Source: a virus
Lineage: Duplodnaviria; Caudoviricetes
Length of the DNA: 54,406 nucleotides
IMG/VR virus record: IMGVR_UViG_3300034072_001783
Coordinates: 1-54,406 of that record
Direction: 5' to 3' (one strand)
In this document: positions 17,815-28,391 of the stretch, in pieces
Layout: the number at the start of each line of letters is the position of its first letter
Position numbering within the stretch: position 1 is the stretch's first letter
The notes under the pieces: model-generated
Told to the model about the DNA's origin: nothing
Databases searched by the model: none
Seen by the model: the letters and a program-made list of their open reading frames with translations, nothing else
Program-made: the position numbers and the translations under genes

Positions 17815-19494
17815 ATGTCAAACTTAAATTCACTTTTAGAAAGTTCTGCTAGCGGTTGGAGAAACATGCAGAACGAAGGTGCTCGTATCGCGAGCAAGTG
17901 GGGAAAAACAGGTTTGTTGGAAGGTCTTTCTACAGAGATCGATAAAAACAACATGGCCTTGATCCTTGAAAACCAAGCAAAACAATTAGTAACTGAAGCA
18001 TCTGCTACTGATCAAGGTGGTGGTACTTTTTCTGTAGGAAATGGTGCACAATGGGCAGGAGTTGCTCTTCCATTGGTACGTAAAGTATTTGGATCTCTTT
18101 CAACTAAAGAATTCATGTCAGTACAACCAATGAACCTTCCTTCAGGTCTAGTATTCTTTTTGGATTTCCAATATGGAGATGCTAAACAATTAAATTTTGG
18201 CCCAGGTGGTAATCCTTATTCTTCTCCTGCTTCAATGTATGGTAACACTAACCCAGGTGCCTCTGCAGATGCTAGTGGTGGTCTTTATGGTGCAGGACGA
18301 TTTGGTTACTCAATCAACCAAAAATCAGCTTCTTTAACAGGTACTATTACAAAAGCAACTTGGGCTCAGGTTGACTATACTGCTGAACTTTCATCTTCAA
18401 TTGCTGCAGGTGTTACTTATTCTGCAGTATCAATTAATATGAGTTCCCTTACTGGATCTGGTGCAACTAACCCAGACTTCAAAGGTGTTCGTGCTTTCAC
18501 AGCTACTTCAGCTTCAATTGCTACTACTTCAACTATCTTACCTCAATACACTTCAGTTAATGAAGCTACCGGAACTGTAACTTTCATTCACCAAGTATCC
18601 TCAGCTTCATTCGCTGATTTGAGTGAGCCATTCTATGTAACTTACAACGTTCAACCAACAGATAACAACCGTGGTGACTTTGAAGATGCATCAGGTGCTG
18701 GTTACCCAAATGCTAACTCAACTTCAGCTGATCAACTTGCTATCCCAGAAATCAATGTTAAATTGAAATCTGAAGCAATCGTTGCTAAAACACGTAAATT
18801 GAAAGCACAATGGACTCCTGAGTTCGCTCAAGACCTTAACGCTTACCAATCACTTGATGCTGAAGCAGAATTGACATCTATCATGAGCGAGTATATCTCA
18901 TTAGAGATTGATCTTGAAAACCTTGATATGTTGATCCAAGATGCTTCTGCAGCAGATGAGTACTGGTCAGCTGTTAATAACCGTTCATTGAACTCTGCTA
19001 AAACAGGATTTGATGATCTAGGATTCTACAACACACAAGGTCAGTGGTTCCAAACTCTAGGAACAAAAATGCAAAAAGTTTCAAACAAAATCCACCAGAA
19101 AACTCTACGTGGAGGTGCAAACTTTATGGTAGTTTCTCCTACAGTTGCAACAATCCTTGAATCAATCCCTGGATTCGCATCAACATCAGATGGTGAAGCA
19201 ACTAAAATGTCTTACGCATTTGGTATCCAAAAATCAGGTCAGTTAAATAACCGTTTCACAGTTTATAAGAACCCTTATATGACTGAGAACGTTATTTTGA
19301 TGGGTTATAGAGGATCTCAGTTCCTTGAAACAGGTGCTGTATTTGCTCCATACATTCCATTGATCATGACTCCACTAGTATACGATCCAGATACATTTAC
19401 ACCACGTAAAGGTCTATTGACTCGTTACGCTAAGAAAATGATCCGTCCGGAATTCTACGGTCGTATCTTCGTGAGCGACTTGGCTTCTATCTAA
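17815..19494 (+). CDS. gp23: Major capsid protein (T4 gp23-like)
   Basis: VQPMNLPSGLVFFL, AKTRKLKAQWTPEFAQDLNAYQSLDAEAEL, APYIPL, FTPRKGLLTRY. Confidence 0.97.
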   Translation: MSNLNSLLESSASGWRNMQNEGARIASKWGKTGLLEGLSTEIDKNNMALILENQAKQLVTEASATDQGGGTFSVGNGAQWAGVALPLVRKVFGSLSTKEFMSVQPMNLPSGLVFFLDFQYGDAKQLNFGPGGNPYSSPASMYGNTNPGASADASGGLYGAGRFGYSINQKSASLTGTITKATWAQVDYTAELSSSIAAGVTYSAVSINMSSLTGSGATNPDFKGVRAFTATSASIATTSTILPQYTSVNEATGTVTFIHQVSSASFADLSEPFYVTYNVQPTDNNRGDFEDASGAGYPNANSTSADQLAIPEINVKLKSEAIVAKTRKLKAQWTPEFAQDLNAYQSLDAEAELTSIMSEYISLEIDLENLDMLIQDASAADEYWSAVNNRSLNSAKTGFDDLGFYNTQGQWFQTLGTKMQKVSNKIHQKTLRGGANFMVVSPTVATILESIPGFASTSDGEATKMSYAFGIQKSGQLNNRFTVYKNPYMTENVILMGYRGSQFLETGAVFAPYIPLIMTPLVYDPDTFTPRKGLLTRYAKKMIRPEFYGRIFVSDLASI

Positions 19495-19518
19495 TAGAAA
19501 CAACTAATAAAAGTTAAA

Positions 19519-19546
19519 AGAGCCTAGCGAAAGCTAGGCTTTTTTT
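19519..19546 (+). terminator. Rho-independent terminator after the capsid gene
   Basis: AGCCTAGC-gaaa-GCTAGGCT plus T-tract (GNRA loop). Confidence 0.9.
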
Positions 19547-19549
19547 ATA

Positions 19550-19557
19550 TATTTATA
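19550..19557 (+). promoter_or_regulatory. Putative late promoter TATTTATA
   Basis: Immediately after the terminator, 14 nt before the phoH ATG. Confidence 0.65.
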
Positions 19558-19571
19558 ATCAAAAACGTTAT

Positions 19572-20270
19572 ATGACAGATTATAATAGAAGTGCTGAAGC
19601 ACAGGAGGTTTTTAAAAGAAAAGGGAAACCAAAAACCCCAATCAAATTTAAACTCACCTTAAACGAGGAACAAAAAATTGCAAAAGATCAAATACTCCAT
19701 AATACCGTAACTATATTAAAAGGTAAAGCAGGATCAGGTAAATCTTTATTAGCAGCAAATATAGCCCTAGATTTACTCTTCACAAGAGAAATTGAAAAAG
19801 TAATCATCACTCGACCCACAGTAGTAGCAGGACAAGATATAGGATATCTTCCAGGGGGTATAGATGAAAAATTAGCCCCTTTTACAGCTCCAGTATACGA
19901 AAATATGCATAGATTATATGATAAGGAAAAAATCGAAAAACTTATCACAGAGGGTAAAATAGAAATAGTACCTGTATCTTTTATGAGAGGGAGGAACTTC
20001 ACAGATTGTTTAGTAGTTGTTGATGAATCACAGAATCTAACAGATGTACAGACTGAGCTAATCTTAACCCGTATATGCAAGGGATCTAAAGTAATATTTT
20101 GTGGAGATAGTGCCCAAATTGACCTTAAAAACAAGAAAGAATCAGGATTTGATTTTATGGCTAAGCACATGGCTGACATTCCAGGAATTAAAGTTATAAC
20201 TTTAGAAAAAAATCATAGACACGAAATTGTTGAACCTATATTAGAAGTTTATAAGTCATTCAGAAGTTAA
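19572..20270 (+). CDS. phoH: PhoH-family ATPase
   Basis: GKAGSGKS, TRPTV, IGYLPG, FMRGRNF, VDESQN, LTRI, GDSAQID, HRH. Confidence 0.95.
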   Translation: MTDYNRSAEAQEVFKRKGKPKTPIKFKLTLNEEQKIAKDQILHNTVTILKGKAGSGKSLLAANIALDLLFTREIEKVIITRPTVVAGQDIGYLPGGIDEKLAPFTAPVYENMHRLYDKEKIEKLITEGKIEIVPVSFMRGRNFTDCLVVVDESQNLTDVQTELILTRICKGSKVIFCGDSAQIDLKNKKESGFDFMAKHMADIPGIKVITLEKNHRHEIVEPILEVYKSFRS

Positions 20271-20294
20271 CAATATTTATAACAAAATATTGAT

Positions 20295-20741
20295 ATGGCT
20301 TCTACATTAACTGCTACCTCTTTTAATATAAAAATAACAGAAGAACACATTATTCGTAATAGTGTTATTAAAAATGAAGTAACTCGTACAATTACTGGAG
20401 TTAAAAACATTGATCACCGAATTGTAACTTGCCCAAACACTACATCTATTGATTTATTTAATTTAGATGGAATTAACCCTGGAGCAGGAACATTCCCTTC
20501 AGGTAGTCTTCAATATGTTAGGATTACTAACTTAGATGATACCTATAGTGTAGCAGTAACAATTAGTGGGTCACAAGGAAATTTTACTCAAGAATTAACC
20601 CCCACAAATTCAGTATTTATAGTAAGTTCAAATGTTACTTCTAGTAACTTTGATGGTAGTTTTGGTGATGATATAGAGGCTGTAAAAATTTACGCTATAA
20701 GTAGTAGTGTAGATATTGAATATACACTTGTAAACGCATAA
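20295..20741 (+). CDS. Hypothetical virion protein (beta-rich)
   Basis: Own TATTTATA at 20274; YVRITNLDD; S/T-rich. Confidence 0.65.
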   Translation: MASTLTATSFNIKITEEHIIRNSVIKNEVTRTITGVKNIDHRIVTCPNTTSIDLFNLDGINPGAGTFPSGSLQYVRITNLDDTYSVAVTISGSQGNFTQELTPTNSVFIVSSNVTSSNFDGSFGDDIEAVKIYAISSSVDIEYTLVNA

Positions 20742-20745
20742 TACT

Positions 20746-21900
20746 ATGAATGTACCTATTTGGCCCGGCTCAAGTTCTTTCCAACCTGGAGAAACTCCAT
20801 TTGGATTTTACGATAATGATCTTCAATTCCAGCAAGACATAGATAAATTTGCTATATTTGCTTCAAGAAGGATGGGATATCCTATTGTAGAAATAGAATT
20901 ACAAGATTTAAACTTTTATGCTGCTTTTGAAGAGGCTGTTACAACATATGGTAATGAACTTTTTGCTTATCAAGCAGCACAAAATTTCTTATCCTTTCAA
21001 GGTGCTCCACAAACCATAGCCTCAGCTAACAATTCTTTGCCTCAACCCAATCTTGCAACTATAATCAGATTAGCAGATCAATATGGAGTAGAAGCAGGTG
21101 TTGGAGGAAATGTCACATGGTATTCAGGATCTATTGATCTTATTCAAGGAGTACAAAATTATAATTTAGAGAATTTTGCAGCTCAGGAAGGAGTAGCCCC
21201 TGGAGATCTAGAAATTAAAAGAGTTTTTTACGAAGCACCTCCCGCAATTGTAAGATATTTTGATCCATATGCTGGTACAGGTACGGGGATGATGCAAATG
21301 TTAGATAGTTTTGGTTTTGGTGGATATTCACCTGCCATCAACTTTTTAATGATGCCTATAAATTATGATTTGCAAAAAATTCAAGCTATTGAGTTCAACG
21401 ACCAAATCCGTAGATCACAATATTCATTTGAGCTTATACATAACAATCTAAAAATATTCCCCATCCCAGGCCCTGCTATGGATAAACTTTGGGTCCAATA
21501 TATTAAAAAATCAGATAGAAATAATCCTTATGTAGATACAGGTGGAGTAGATGTTATTACAAACATTTCTCAAGTACCGTATACTAATCCTATATATTCT
21601 CAAATTAATTCTATAGGTAGACAATGGATTTTTGAATATGCATTAGCCATTGCTAAAGAAATATTAGGATATGTACGAGGTAAATATGGAAATGAAATTC
21701 CTGATCCAAACGAGAAATTAACTTTAAATGCCCCTGATCTACTATCTTCAGCAAAAGATACTAAAGATGCTCTTATAGAAAGATTGAGAGCGTATTTTGA
21801 TGAAACCTCTAGAAAAAAACTTTTAGAAAACAGAGCATCAGAATCTGAATATTTGCAAAAAGAGTTAAATTACGTACCATATACAATTTATATAGGATAA
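20746..21900 (+). CDS. Neck/adaptor protein (T4 gp13-like)
   Basis: RMGYPIVEIEL, WIFEYALAIAKEILGYVRGKY, terminal IYIG; position after capsid. Confidence 0.75.
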   Translation: MNVPIWPGSSSFQPGETPFGFYDNDLQFQQDIDKFAIFASRRMGYPIVEIELQDLNFYAAFEEAVTTYGNELFAYQAAQNFLSFQGAPQTIASANNSLPQPNLATIIRLADQYGVEAGVGGNVTWYSGSIDLIQGVQNYNLENFAAQEGVAPGDLEIKRVFYEAPPAIVRYFDPYAGTGTGMMQMLDSFGFGGYSPAINFLMMPINYDLQKIQAIEFNDQIRRSQYSFELIHNNLKIFPIPGPAMDKLWVQYIKKSDRNNPYVDTGGVDVITNISQVPYTNPIYSQINSIGRQWIFEYALAIAKEILGYVRGKYGNEIPDPNEKLTLNAPDLLSSAKDTKDALIERLRAYFDETSRKKLLENRASESEYLQKELNYVPYTIYIG

Positions 21901-21901
21901 T

Positions 21902-22414
21902 ATGGCACTTTTCGGATCACAAAGAGATATATCATTGTTTAGAAAAGTTAACCGAGAGTTAATGGGTAACATTATGTCTCAACAATGTGTTTACTATAAG
22001 TTAAAGTTAAATGAAACTAAAGTAAACATGTATGGTGAAGCTGCAGGGTCAAGATATTATTTTGAACCCGTAATACTTTTTGCACGAATTCAAAGATCAG
22101 AACAAGAATTCCCTGCAGATGACATAGTAGGTGTAGATTTTCAATGGGGAATTGATTTTAAATTTTTAAGAGATGATTTAGTAGATGCTAATCTTGTTCC
22201 TGAAGTTGGAGATATTATAATGTACAATGAAGGGTATTATGAAGTTCATACCACCAATACTAACCGCTTTATAACAGGTAAAAATCCTGACTACCCTTAC
22301 GAACCAAACCCACTAAACCCAGGACTAGAAAATTTTGGTACTAGCTTGTCAATCATTTGTCAAACATTCTACGTACCTGCTGATAAGGTACAAATAACTA
22401 AAGAACGTATATAA
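21902..22414 (+). CDS. Neck/head-closure protein (T4 gp14-like)
   Basis: NMYGEA, PEVGDII..YYEV motifs; synteny. Confidence 0.7.
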   Translation: MALFGSQRDISLFRKVNRELMGNIMSQQCVYYKLKLNETKVNMYGEAAGSRYYFEPVILFARIQRSEQEFPADDIVGVDFQWGIDFKFLRDDLVDANLVPEVGDIIMYNEGYYEVHTTNTNRFITGKNPDYPYEPNPLNPGLENFGTSLSIICQTFYVPADKVQITKERI

Positions 22415-23673
22415 TGCCTAACCACAGAAAACCCGTACCCAAATCTCAAAAAGAGATAATGAATGATCAGATTAACCCCTATGTTAATCCTGAAACGGGA
22501 GAAACTCGTGGTAATCCTAATGAACCTCAAGATTTTAGACAGTTTACTCCTGATACCCAACGTGGAGTTGATTTTAATAGATCTGAAGAACTCTCATCTA
22601 AAAATGACACATATAAACAATTTTCAGTAAACATACAAGATGTAGATGAAGCTATTTTATACTATTTTGAAAATGTAATCAAACCTACAGTTATACAAAA
22701 TGGTGAAAGAATAGCTGTACCTTTAGTTTATGGTTCTCCTGAAAGGTTTAAAACTATCCAAAAAGATGGATTTTATCGAGATAAAAAAGGTAAAATCATG
22801 TCTCCTATTATTATGTTTAAACGTGATAGTATGGATAAAAATCGTTCTATAGCTAATAAACTAGATGCTAACAATCCTCACCTTTATACAGCTTGGCAAA
22901 AAGCATATAACCCAAAAAATTTTTACTCTAACTTTGATATATTAAATAACAGAGTTCCTACAAAACAGTTTATAGCTAATGTTGTTCCTGACTATGTTAC
23001 ATTAACCTATAGTTTTATTGTACAAACCTACTATATAGAACAATTAAATAAAATCATAGAGGCGATAAACTACGCGTCTGACTCTTATTGGGGTAACCCG
23101 GAACGTTTTCAATTTAAGGCGATGATTGACAGTTTTAATACCATCACTGAACTTAACCAAGGACAAAATAGAGTTGTAAGAAGTAATTTTAATTTGAAAG
23201 TTCATGGATATATTGTTCCAGATATAATACAAAAAGATTTAAAATCTATTAAAAAATACAATAGTAAATCTAAAGTAACTTTTGGAATCGAAACCACTTC
23301 AGGACTAGAATATGTTTCATCTTCCAAACCAAAATCAGTGACACAATTTGCAACAACTTCAACTAGTGGTGGAAATGGTATCAATACAAATGTGATAATT
23401 TACTTAAACACTAATATCCAAAAAGAAGGTACATATGTAAATTCAACTACTGTTACATTCCCAAGCGGTTGGTTAACAGCACCAAATGGTCTACCTTCAA
23501 CCTCTGTAAATAACTTTAGCATATTTGTCAATGGTGCATTAATAGAAGGAGCAGCTATTGTTTCTTTCACTGAAAGTGGGGGAGTTACAACTCTAGTAAT
23601 AGATCCTGTAGAGCTAGGATATAGTTTTAGCCCAACAGATGAAGTAATAGCAATAGGAAAATTTAATAGTTAA
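22414..23673 (+). CDS. Tail terminator/sheath stabiliser (T4 gp15-like) with C-terminal extension
   Basis: VPLVYGSPERF, PIIMFKR, VPDYVTLTYSF..QLNKIIE; synteny. Confidence 0.65.
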   Translation: MPNHRKPVPKSQKEIMNDQINPYVNPETGETRGNPNEPQDFRQFTPDTQRGVDFNRSEELSSKNDTYKQFSVNIQDVDEAILYYFENVIKPTVIQNGERIAVPLVYGSPERFKTIQKDGFYRDKKGKIMSPIIMFKRDSMDKNRSIANKLDANNPHLYTAWQKAYNPKNFYSNFDILNNRVPTKQFIANVVPDYVTLTYSFIVQTYYIEQLNKIIEAINYASDSYWGNPERFQFKAMIDSFNTITELNQGQNRVVRSNFNLKVHGYIVPDIIQKDLKSIKKYNSKSKVTFGIETTSGLEYVSSSKPKSVTQFATTSTSGGNGINTNVIIYLNTNIQKEGTYVNSTTVTFPSGWLTAPNGLPSTSVNNFSIFVNGALIEGAAIVSFTESGGVTTLVIDPVELGYSFSPTDEVIAIGKFNS

Positions 23674-23675
23674 TA

Positions 23676-25811
23676 ATGGCATTAATCAAACCAGAACAAC
23701 TCCGATCAGGCTCATACTCCATTTCAGGATCATTTTCAGGATCATTTTTTGGAGATGGTAGTGGCTTAACCGGGTTAGATGCTTTCCCCTACACAGGCTC
23801 GGCAGAAATAACCGGGAGTTTAAATTTAGAAGGACCTTTTACCATAACTGGTAGTATAAAACTAGACCCAACCCAAGACCCAGACCCATCAGGTTTAGAT
23901 TTAGATACAACTGCTTTATTTCAAAGTGCATCAAATACATCTTTAGGATATGACTTATACATCCGCCAAAATGGTAATCTAATAAAATGGAAGTGGGTTG
24001 AAGGCATCTTAAATACTGGTTTATTGTATGGAGGCGTTGTAACATACAGTGGTGCAGATGTGTTTGTATCTCCTGGATCAGGAATTATTGTAAATCACAA
24101 TGCAACCACAGGATCTGAAATATCTCCTATTGTAGAATACGTTACATGGAATGCAATTACTCAAAGTATCACAAACATTGCAACACAGCAAGTAACTTAC
24201 CTATATATTGACAATACCGGGGCTTTGCAACAACAATCCACTCGATTTACAAATGAACAGTACCACGATTATATACCATTGGGGGCAGTAGGACATTTTG
24301 ATTACACACAAGTGTCTGCATTCGGAGGCCAAGTTCAAACAGCATACGATCAAATCGCACAAATATCTAGTTTTGTTGATGCATTTGGACCTTTAAAAAT
24401 ATCTGGATATGGGTTGACAGGACAACCTGGAACTCTTCGATTATCTGTAGGCAGCGGTACATCTTTTATTCATGGTGGTTTTTATGAGGAAGATCCTGAA
24501 TTACCCTCCCAAATCACAACCCCAGCTCAAGCAACCGCTAGTATGGCTTATGTGTATAGATCGGGGTCGGGAGTAAGATTTGATACAAACGGAGGTAATT
24601 TATACACTCAATTAAAACCTGGATTCTATGATCCCGGAACTGGTGTTACTGGTTCTGTTTCAAACAATGATTGGACAATCCAACGTGTATATTCTGATCC
24701 GAAAACGGGTGTGTTATATGTTTATTTTGGTCAAACAATATACCCTGATTTTTTAACTGCAGTTGCAGACCTATCAACAGATCCATTCACAGAAGGAGAT
24801 ACATTTGATTTTACAACATTCATTGGATTTCTTGTATTAAAAAGCAACGGAACCGACATAACAGCTACAGATAATAAAATAGTACCTGCAGGTTTATTCC
24901 GTGGCTCTGGTCAAGGCAGTGGAGGTGGTGTAGCTATATCTAATTTAGATGACTTAACAGATGTCTCTATCACCGGACCTACTAATGGAGAAGCATTAAT
25001 ATATGATTCTGGTATATGGCAAAATGGAACCCCATTAAACGCTACTAGTGCATCATTTGCTTCATCAGGTAATGGAATATTTTCTGGATCCTTTTCTGGT
25101 TCATTTACAGGTGATGGATCTCAACTAACCGGAATAGTATCTTCTAAATGGTCAGGATCAAACCCAATCACACGTCAAAGCGATGTAGAGATAACCGGCT
25201 CATTCAAAGTAGCAGGTCAAACAACATTATACACTACCGGATCGGGTACCTTAACAGTACAAGGTTCAGGTTCAGCTCAACCACTATTCCTAGTAACCGG
25301 AAGCATAGGTGAGCTATTATCTGTAACAGACCAAGATGATCCAAATCAACCATTACTCATAGTATCAGGTTCAGCAGGACAATTATTTGTAGTGGAAAAC
25401 TCCACAACCGGTTCACTACTTCAAATCTACGATACTGCTTCAAATTCTATATTTGAGATAAACAACGATGCAGAAATCATATATGGTGTATCTTCCTCTA
25501 TATTTGCAACACAGTATCTCACAATTACGGCAACTGCAAGTTACCAAACTATCTATAACATAGAAACTGGATCGTACACAGGAGCATTCATAAACTACAC
25601 AGTAACATCTGCTTCCAATGCCGCTGCTGGTCAGATAATGTCGGTATGGAACTCTGGAACAGCTAGCTACACTGAAACATCAACCTCAGATATTGGAGAT
25701 ACATCTCAAATTGCATTTGATGTTATAATGACAGGAAGTGTAGCACAAATAGCGGTATCCGCATCTTTAACAACGGGATGGCAAGTTAAAACAGCATTAA
25801 ATATATTGTAG
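23676..25811 (+). CDS. Ser/Gly/Thr-rich fibre-like structural protein
   Basis: Repeated SGSFSGSF.GDGS.LTG, FPYTGSA.ITGSL, LDDLTDVSI..P..G..L.Y fibre-type motif. Confidence 0.7.
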   Translation: MALIKPEQLRSGSYSISGSFSGSFFGDGSGLTGLDAFPYTGSAEITGSLNLEGPFTITGSIKLDPTQDPDPSGLDLDTTALFQSASNTSLGYDLYIRQNGNLIKWKWVEGILNTGLLYGGVVTYSGADVFVSPGSGIIVNHNATTGSEISPIVEYVTWNAITQSITNIATQQVTYLYIDNTGALQQQSTRFTNEQYHDYIPLGAVGHFDYTQVSAFGGQVQTAYDQIAQISSFVDAFGPLKISGYGLTGQPGTLRLSVGSGTSFIHGGFYEEDPELPSQITTPAQATASMAYVYRSGSGVRFDTNGGNLYTQLKPGFYDPGTGVTGSVSNNDWTIQRVYSDPKTGVLYVYFGQTIYPDFLTAVADLSTDPFTEGDTFDFTTFIGFLVLKSNGTDITATDNKIVPAGLFRGSGQGSGGGVAISNLDDLTDVSITGPTNGEALIYDSGIWQNGTPLNATSASFASSGNGIFSGSFSGSFTGDGSQLTGIVSSKWSGSNPITRQSDVEITGSFKVAGQTTLYTTGSGTLTVQGSGSAQPLFLVTGSIGELLSVTDQDDPNQPLLIVSGSAGQLFVVENSTTGSLLQIYDTASNSIFEINNDAEIIYGVSSSIFATQYLTITATASYQTIYNIETGSYTGAFINYTVTSASNAAAGQIMSVWNSGTASYTETSTSDIGDTSQIAFDVIMTGSVAQIAVSASLTTGWQVKTALNIL

Positions 25812-25815
25812 ATTT

Positions 25816-27357
25816 ATGGGATTAGTATTAAAAAATGTAAATATAACTGGTGGTAAATTGAGTAGTACTATACCACAACCCACTGATGAACCTTGGATAA
25901 GAAATCCAGATTGGTTACCACTTGATGATGTACAACCAGGAGATAATAAGTTTAGTGGTTTATGGGCGGTGTATGAAGATATACCAAGTACACATTGGTT
26001 CTATTATCAAATAGGCGGAGGTAATGTAAGTGAAGTTGATTATGGTGATGGTACAACACAAACAGCTAGCAATCTTGTATTCTACAGCAAATTTTATGAC
26101 TATTCCTCATTACCAGGTCCAGTATTAGTTGATGAAGATTGGGGTAATTATAAGATGGTAGTTATTAACATACAATTTGCTACTACAACTACAGGTATCT
26201 TATGTGATAGACAGAGTACGTTTGGTTATGCAAGTAAACCTACTGGATGGTTAGATGTAGTAATGGATTGTTCTACTATGTCTACACTCAATATATCATC
26301 ACAACGACTTTCAATATTTATAGAGCGTTTAAGAATATTAAATAATAATTTAACAAACCCAAATAGTATATTTCAACGTTTACTGAGATTACGGATATTT
26401 GATTGGGATATTGATGGTGTTAATGTAGGTAATTTTCAATCAACATTCCAAACTTCAAGAGGTGATTTTAGGACAAGTAATAACGAACCTATAAGCTTAA
26501 TAAACAATACCACCACACAGTTCGCATCCACATTCGCTTCATCACATAATCTAAAAAAGATAGGTACAATATCCTCCACCTCAGCGGATAGTTTGTCATC
26601 TACATTAGCTAGTTGTGTTAATTTAGAGGAAGTAGATAAAGTAATAGTACCTAATGTGACAAACTCATCTAGTACCTTTAACAATTGCCCTAAGCTTAAA
26701 TCAATAAACGAAATTGATATATCGGCTACACAAAATACAACTGCCCTGTTTCAGGCATGCAATAGCCTCGAGAAGATAGGGGAGACAAATACTTTAAATA
26801 TTAATTCTGCAACTACTGCTGCTAATATGTTTTTAGATGCTAGAACACTAAAAAAAATTAGTATACTAGGTTCTAATTTAGGAAATGTTACTTCTATGTT
26901 TAGTAGGTGTTATGAAATTGAAGAAATTAATTTTATTAATCAACCAACAAATATAACAGCGATGACTTCTATGTTTAGTGAGTGTTTCTCATTAAAAAAA
27001 ATAGATTTAAGTAGTTCTATTATAACTGGATTAGCAAACTCAACATTTGTTAACTGCATATTAATTGAAGAAATATCATTAGGTGACTGTTCTGGTATTA
27101 CAAACACTAGTTCAATGTTCGCAGGTTGTACTATGCTTAGACGCTTAAGAGTACCTAATATAAAAATTAGTTTTATAATAACAAGTACTGCTATAGAAGC
27201 CCCAGAAATGGTAACAGTATTTAATGATTTAGCTGATTTGATTACATTAGGATTACCAGCAGCAAATATCAATATTTCTAATACACCTGCATCATCCAAC
27301 TTAACACCTGCTGAACGAGACATAGCACTAAATAAAGGTTGGACAATAACAGGATAA
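25816..27357 (+). CDS. Leucine-rich-repeat (BspA/DUF285-like) putative adhesin
   Basis: About nine F-x-x-C-x-x-L-x-x-I repeats, VDYGDG (PKD-like), C-terminal IALNKGWTI. Confidence 0.75.
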   Translation: MGLVLKNVNITGGKLSSTIPQPTDEPWIRNPDWLPLDDVQPGDNKFSGLWAVYEDIPSTHWFYYQIGGGNVSEVDYGDGTTQTASNLVFYSKFYDYSSLPGPVLVDEDWGNYKMVVINIQFATTTTGILCDRQSTFGYASKPTGWLDVVMDCSTMSTLNISSQRLSIFIERLRILNNNLTNPNSIFQRLLRLRIFDWDIDGVNVGNFQSTFQTSRGDFRTSNNEPISLINNTTTQFASTFASSHNLKKIGTISSTSADSLSSTLASCVNLEEVDKVIVPNVTNSSSTFNNCPKLKSINEIDISATQNTTALFQACNSLEKIGETNTLNINSATTAANMFLDARTLKKISILGSNLGNVTSMFSRCYEIEEINFINQPTNITAMTSMFSECFSLKKIDLSSSIITGLANSTFVNCILIEEISLGDCSGITNTSSMFAGCTMLRRLRVPNIKISFIITSTAIEAPEMVTVFNDLADLITLGLPAANINISNTPASSNLTPAERDIALNKGWTITG

Positions 27358-27372
27358 AAAATAATTATAGAT

Positions 27373-27567
27373 ATGGAAGATACATCAGGGTTTTATAAGC
27401 AAACAGAAACAGAATGGTGGTATGCACCTAATTTTGTGTATCACAGAACATATACCCTAGAACGAATAGGTAATAGAGAAAGTATCGATGGATGGCAATG
27501 GCACGATACCGCACCACAAGAATATCTAGATTGGTTAGAAACACAACAAACCGAACTAAACCCATAA
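27373..27567 (+). CDS. Small Trp-rich hypothetical protein (possible fibre chaperone)
   Basis: 64 aa; GFYK..YAPNFV..DGWQW; directly after the LRR gene. Confidence 0.6.
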   Translation: MEDTSGFYKQTETEWWYAPNFVYHRTYTLERIGNRESIDGWQWHDTAPQEYLDWLETQQTELNP

Positions 27568-28338
27568 ATGAGCATCTCAGGTAGATATATAACAATAAGA
27601 GGAGGAAACATTATAGGTACACCACCTACAATAACCCCACCTGCTCCCCCTATTGTTACAGATAATCTATTCATGAAACTAGATGCTTCCAACTATGTTA
27701 GTGGTGCATGGCAAGATGAAACCGTTAACGGAAACAATGCAACTATAAATGGAGCAACTTGGTTATCTACAGATGGGGGAATATTTGATTTTGATGGTAT
27801 AAATGATACCATGACAATTACTCATAATTCAAGTTTAAGCTTAAATACCACAACTCAACGAACTTTACAAGCATGGGTAAAATTTGATGCTTTACCTACC
27901 TCAACAAACCGCATGATTGTCTTTGGAAAACTATCTGCTAATTTTGTATTTGATGGTTGGTGGGGTGGTATAAATTCATCTGGAAATGCTGTTATAGCAA
28001 CAAACGGTACTGGTACATCCAAGACAACTGCCTCTACATTAACGGTTAACATTGATACATGGTATCTATTTACCTTTATATCTCGAATAACGGCAACTGC
28101 TAATACAACCAAGATATATGTTAATGAGACTGAGTATGTTAGCACAGCACATGGAACAGATGGATACAGTGAATCAAACAACTTAACATTAGGTTATTTA
28201 ACACCACCTCTCACAGGTTTAGGGTTAATTTCATACTTAAATGGTAAAATAGGTGCATGCTATTTTTATACTAAAGGTTTAGATGCATCTGAGGTGTCAA
28301 CCAATTTTAATGCAACTAAAACTAGATTTGGAATTTAA
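27568..28338 (+). CDS. LamG/concanavalin A-like lectin domain protein
   Basis: LDASNY..W.D..NGNNAT, FDFDGIND, TLQAWVK, WYLFT, KIYVN, LNGKIG..FY.K.L. Confidence 0.85.
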   Translation: MSISGRYITIRGGNIIGTPPTITPPAPPIVTDNLFMKLDASNYVSGAWQDETVNGNNATINGATWLSTDGGIFDFDGINDTMTITHNSSLSLNTTTQRTLQAWVKFDALPTSTNRMIVFGKLSANFVFDGWWGGINSSGNAVIATNGTGTSKTTASTLTVNIDTWYLFTFISRITATANTTKIYVNETEYVSTAHGTDGYSESNNLTLGYLTPPLTGLGLISYLNGKIGACYFYTKGLDASEVSTNFNATKTRFGI

Positions 28339-28391
28339 CCATATTTATAATAAAATAACCAATCTCGGATAGTGAACAGATATGGTAAAAA

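Noticed and set aside
28350-28391. Longer leader containing CGGATAGTGAAC and a short out-of-frame ATG before 28392
   Set aside because: Single occurrence with no clear structure; cannot support a function from this window alone.
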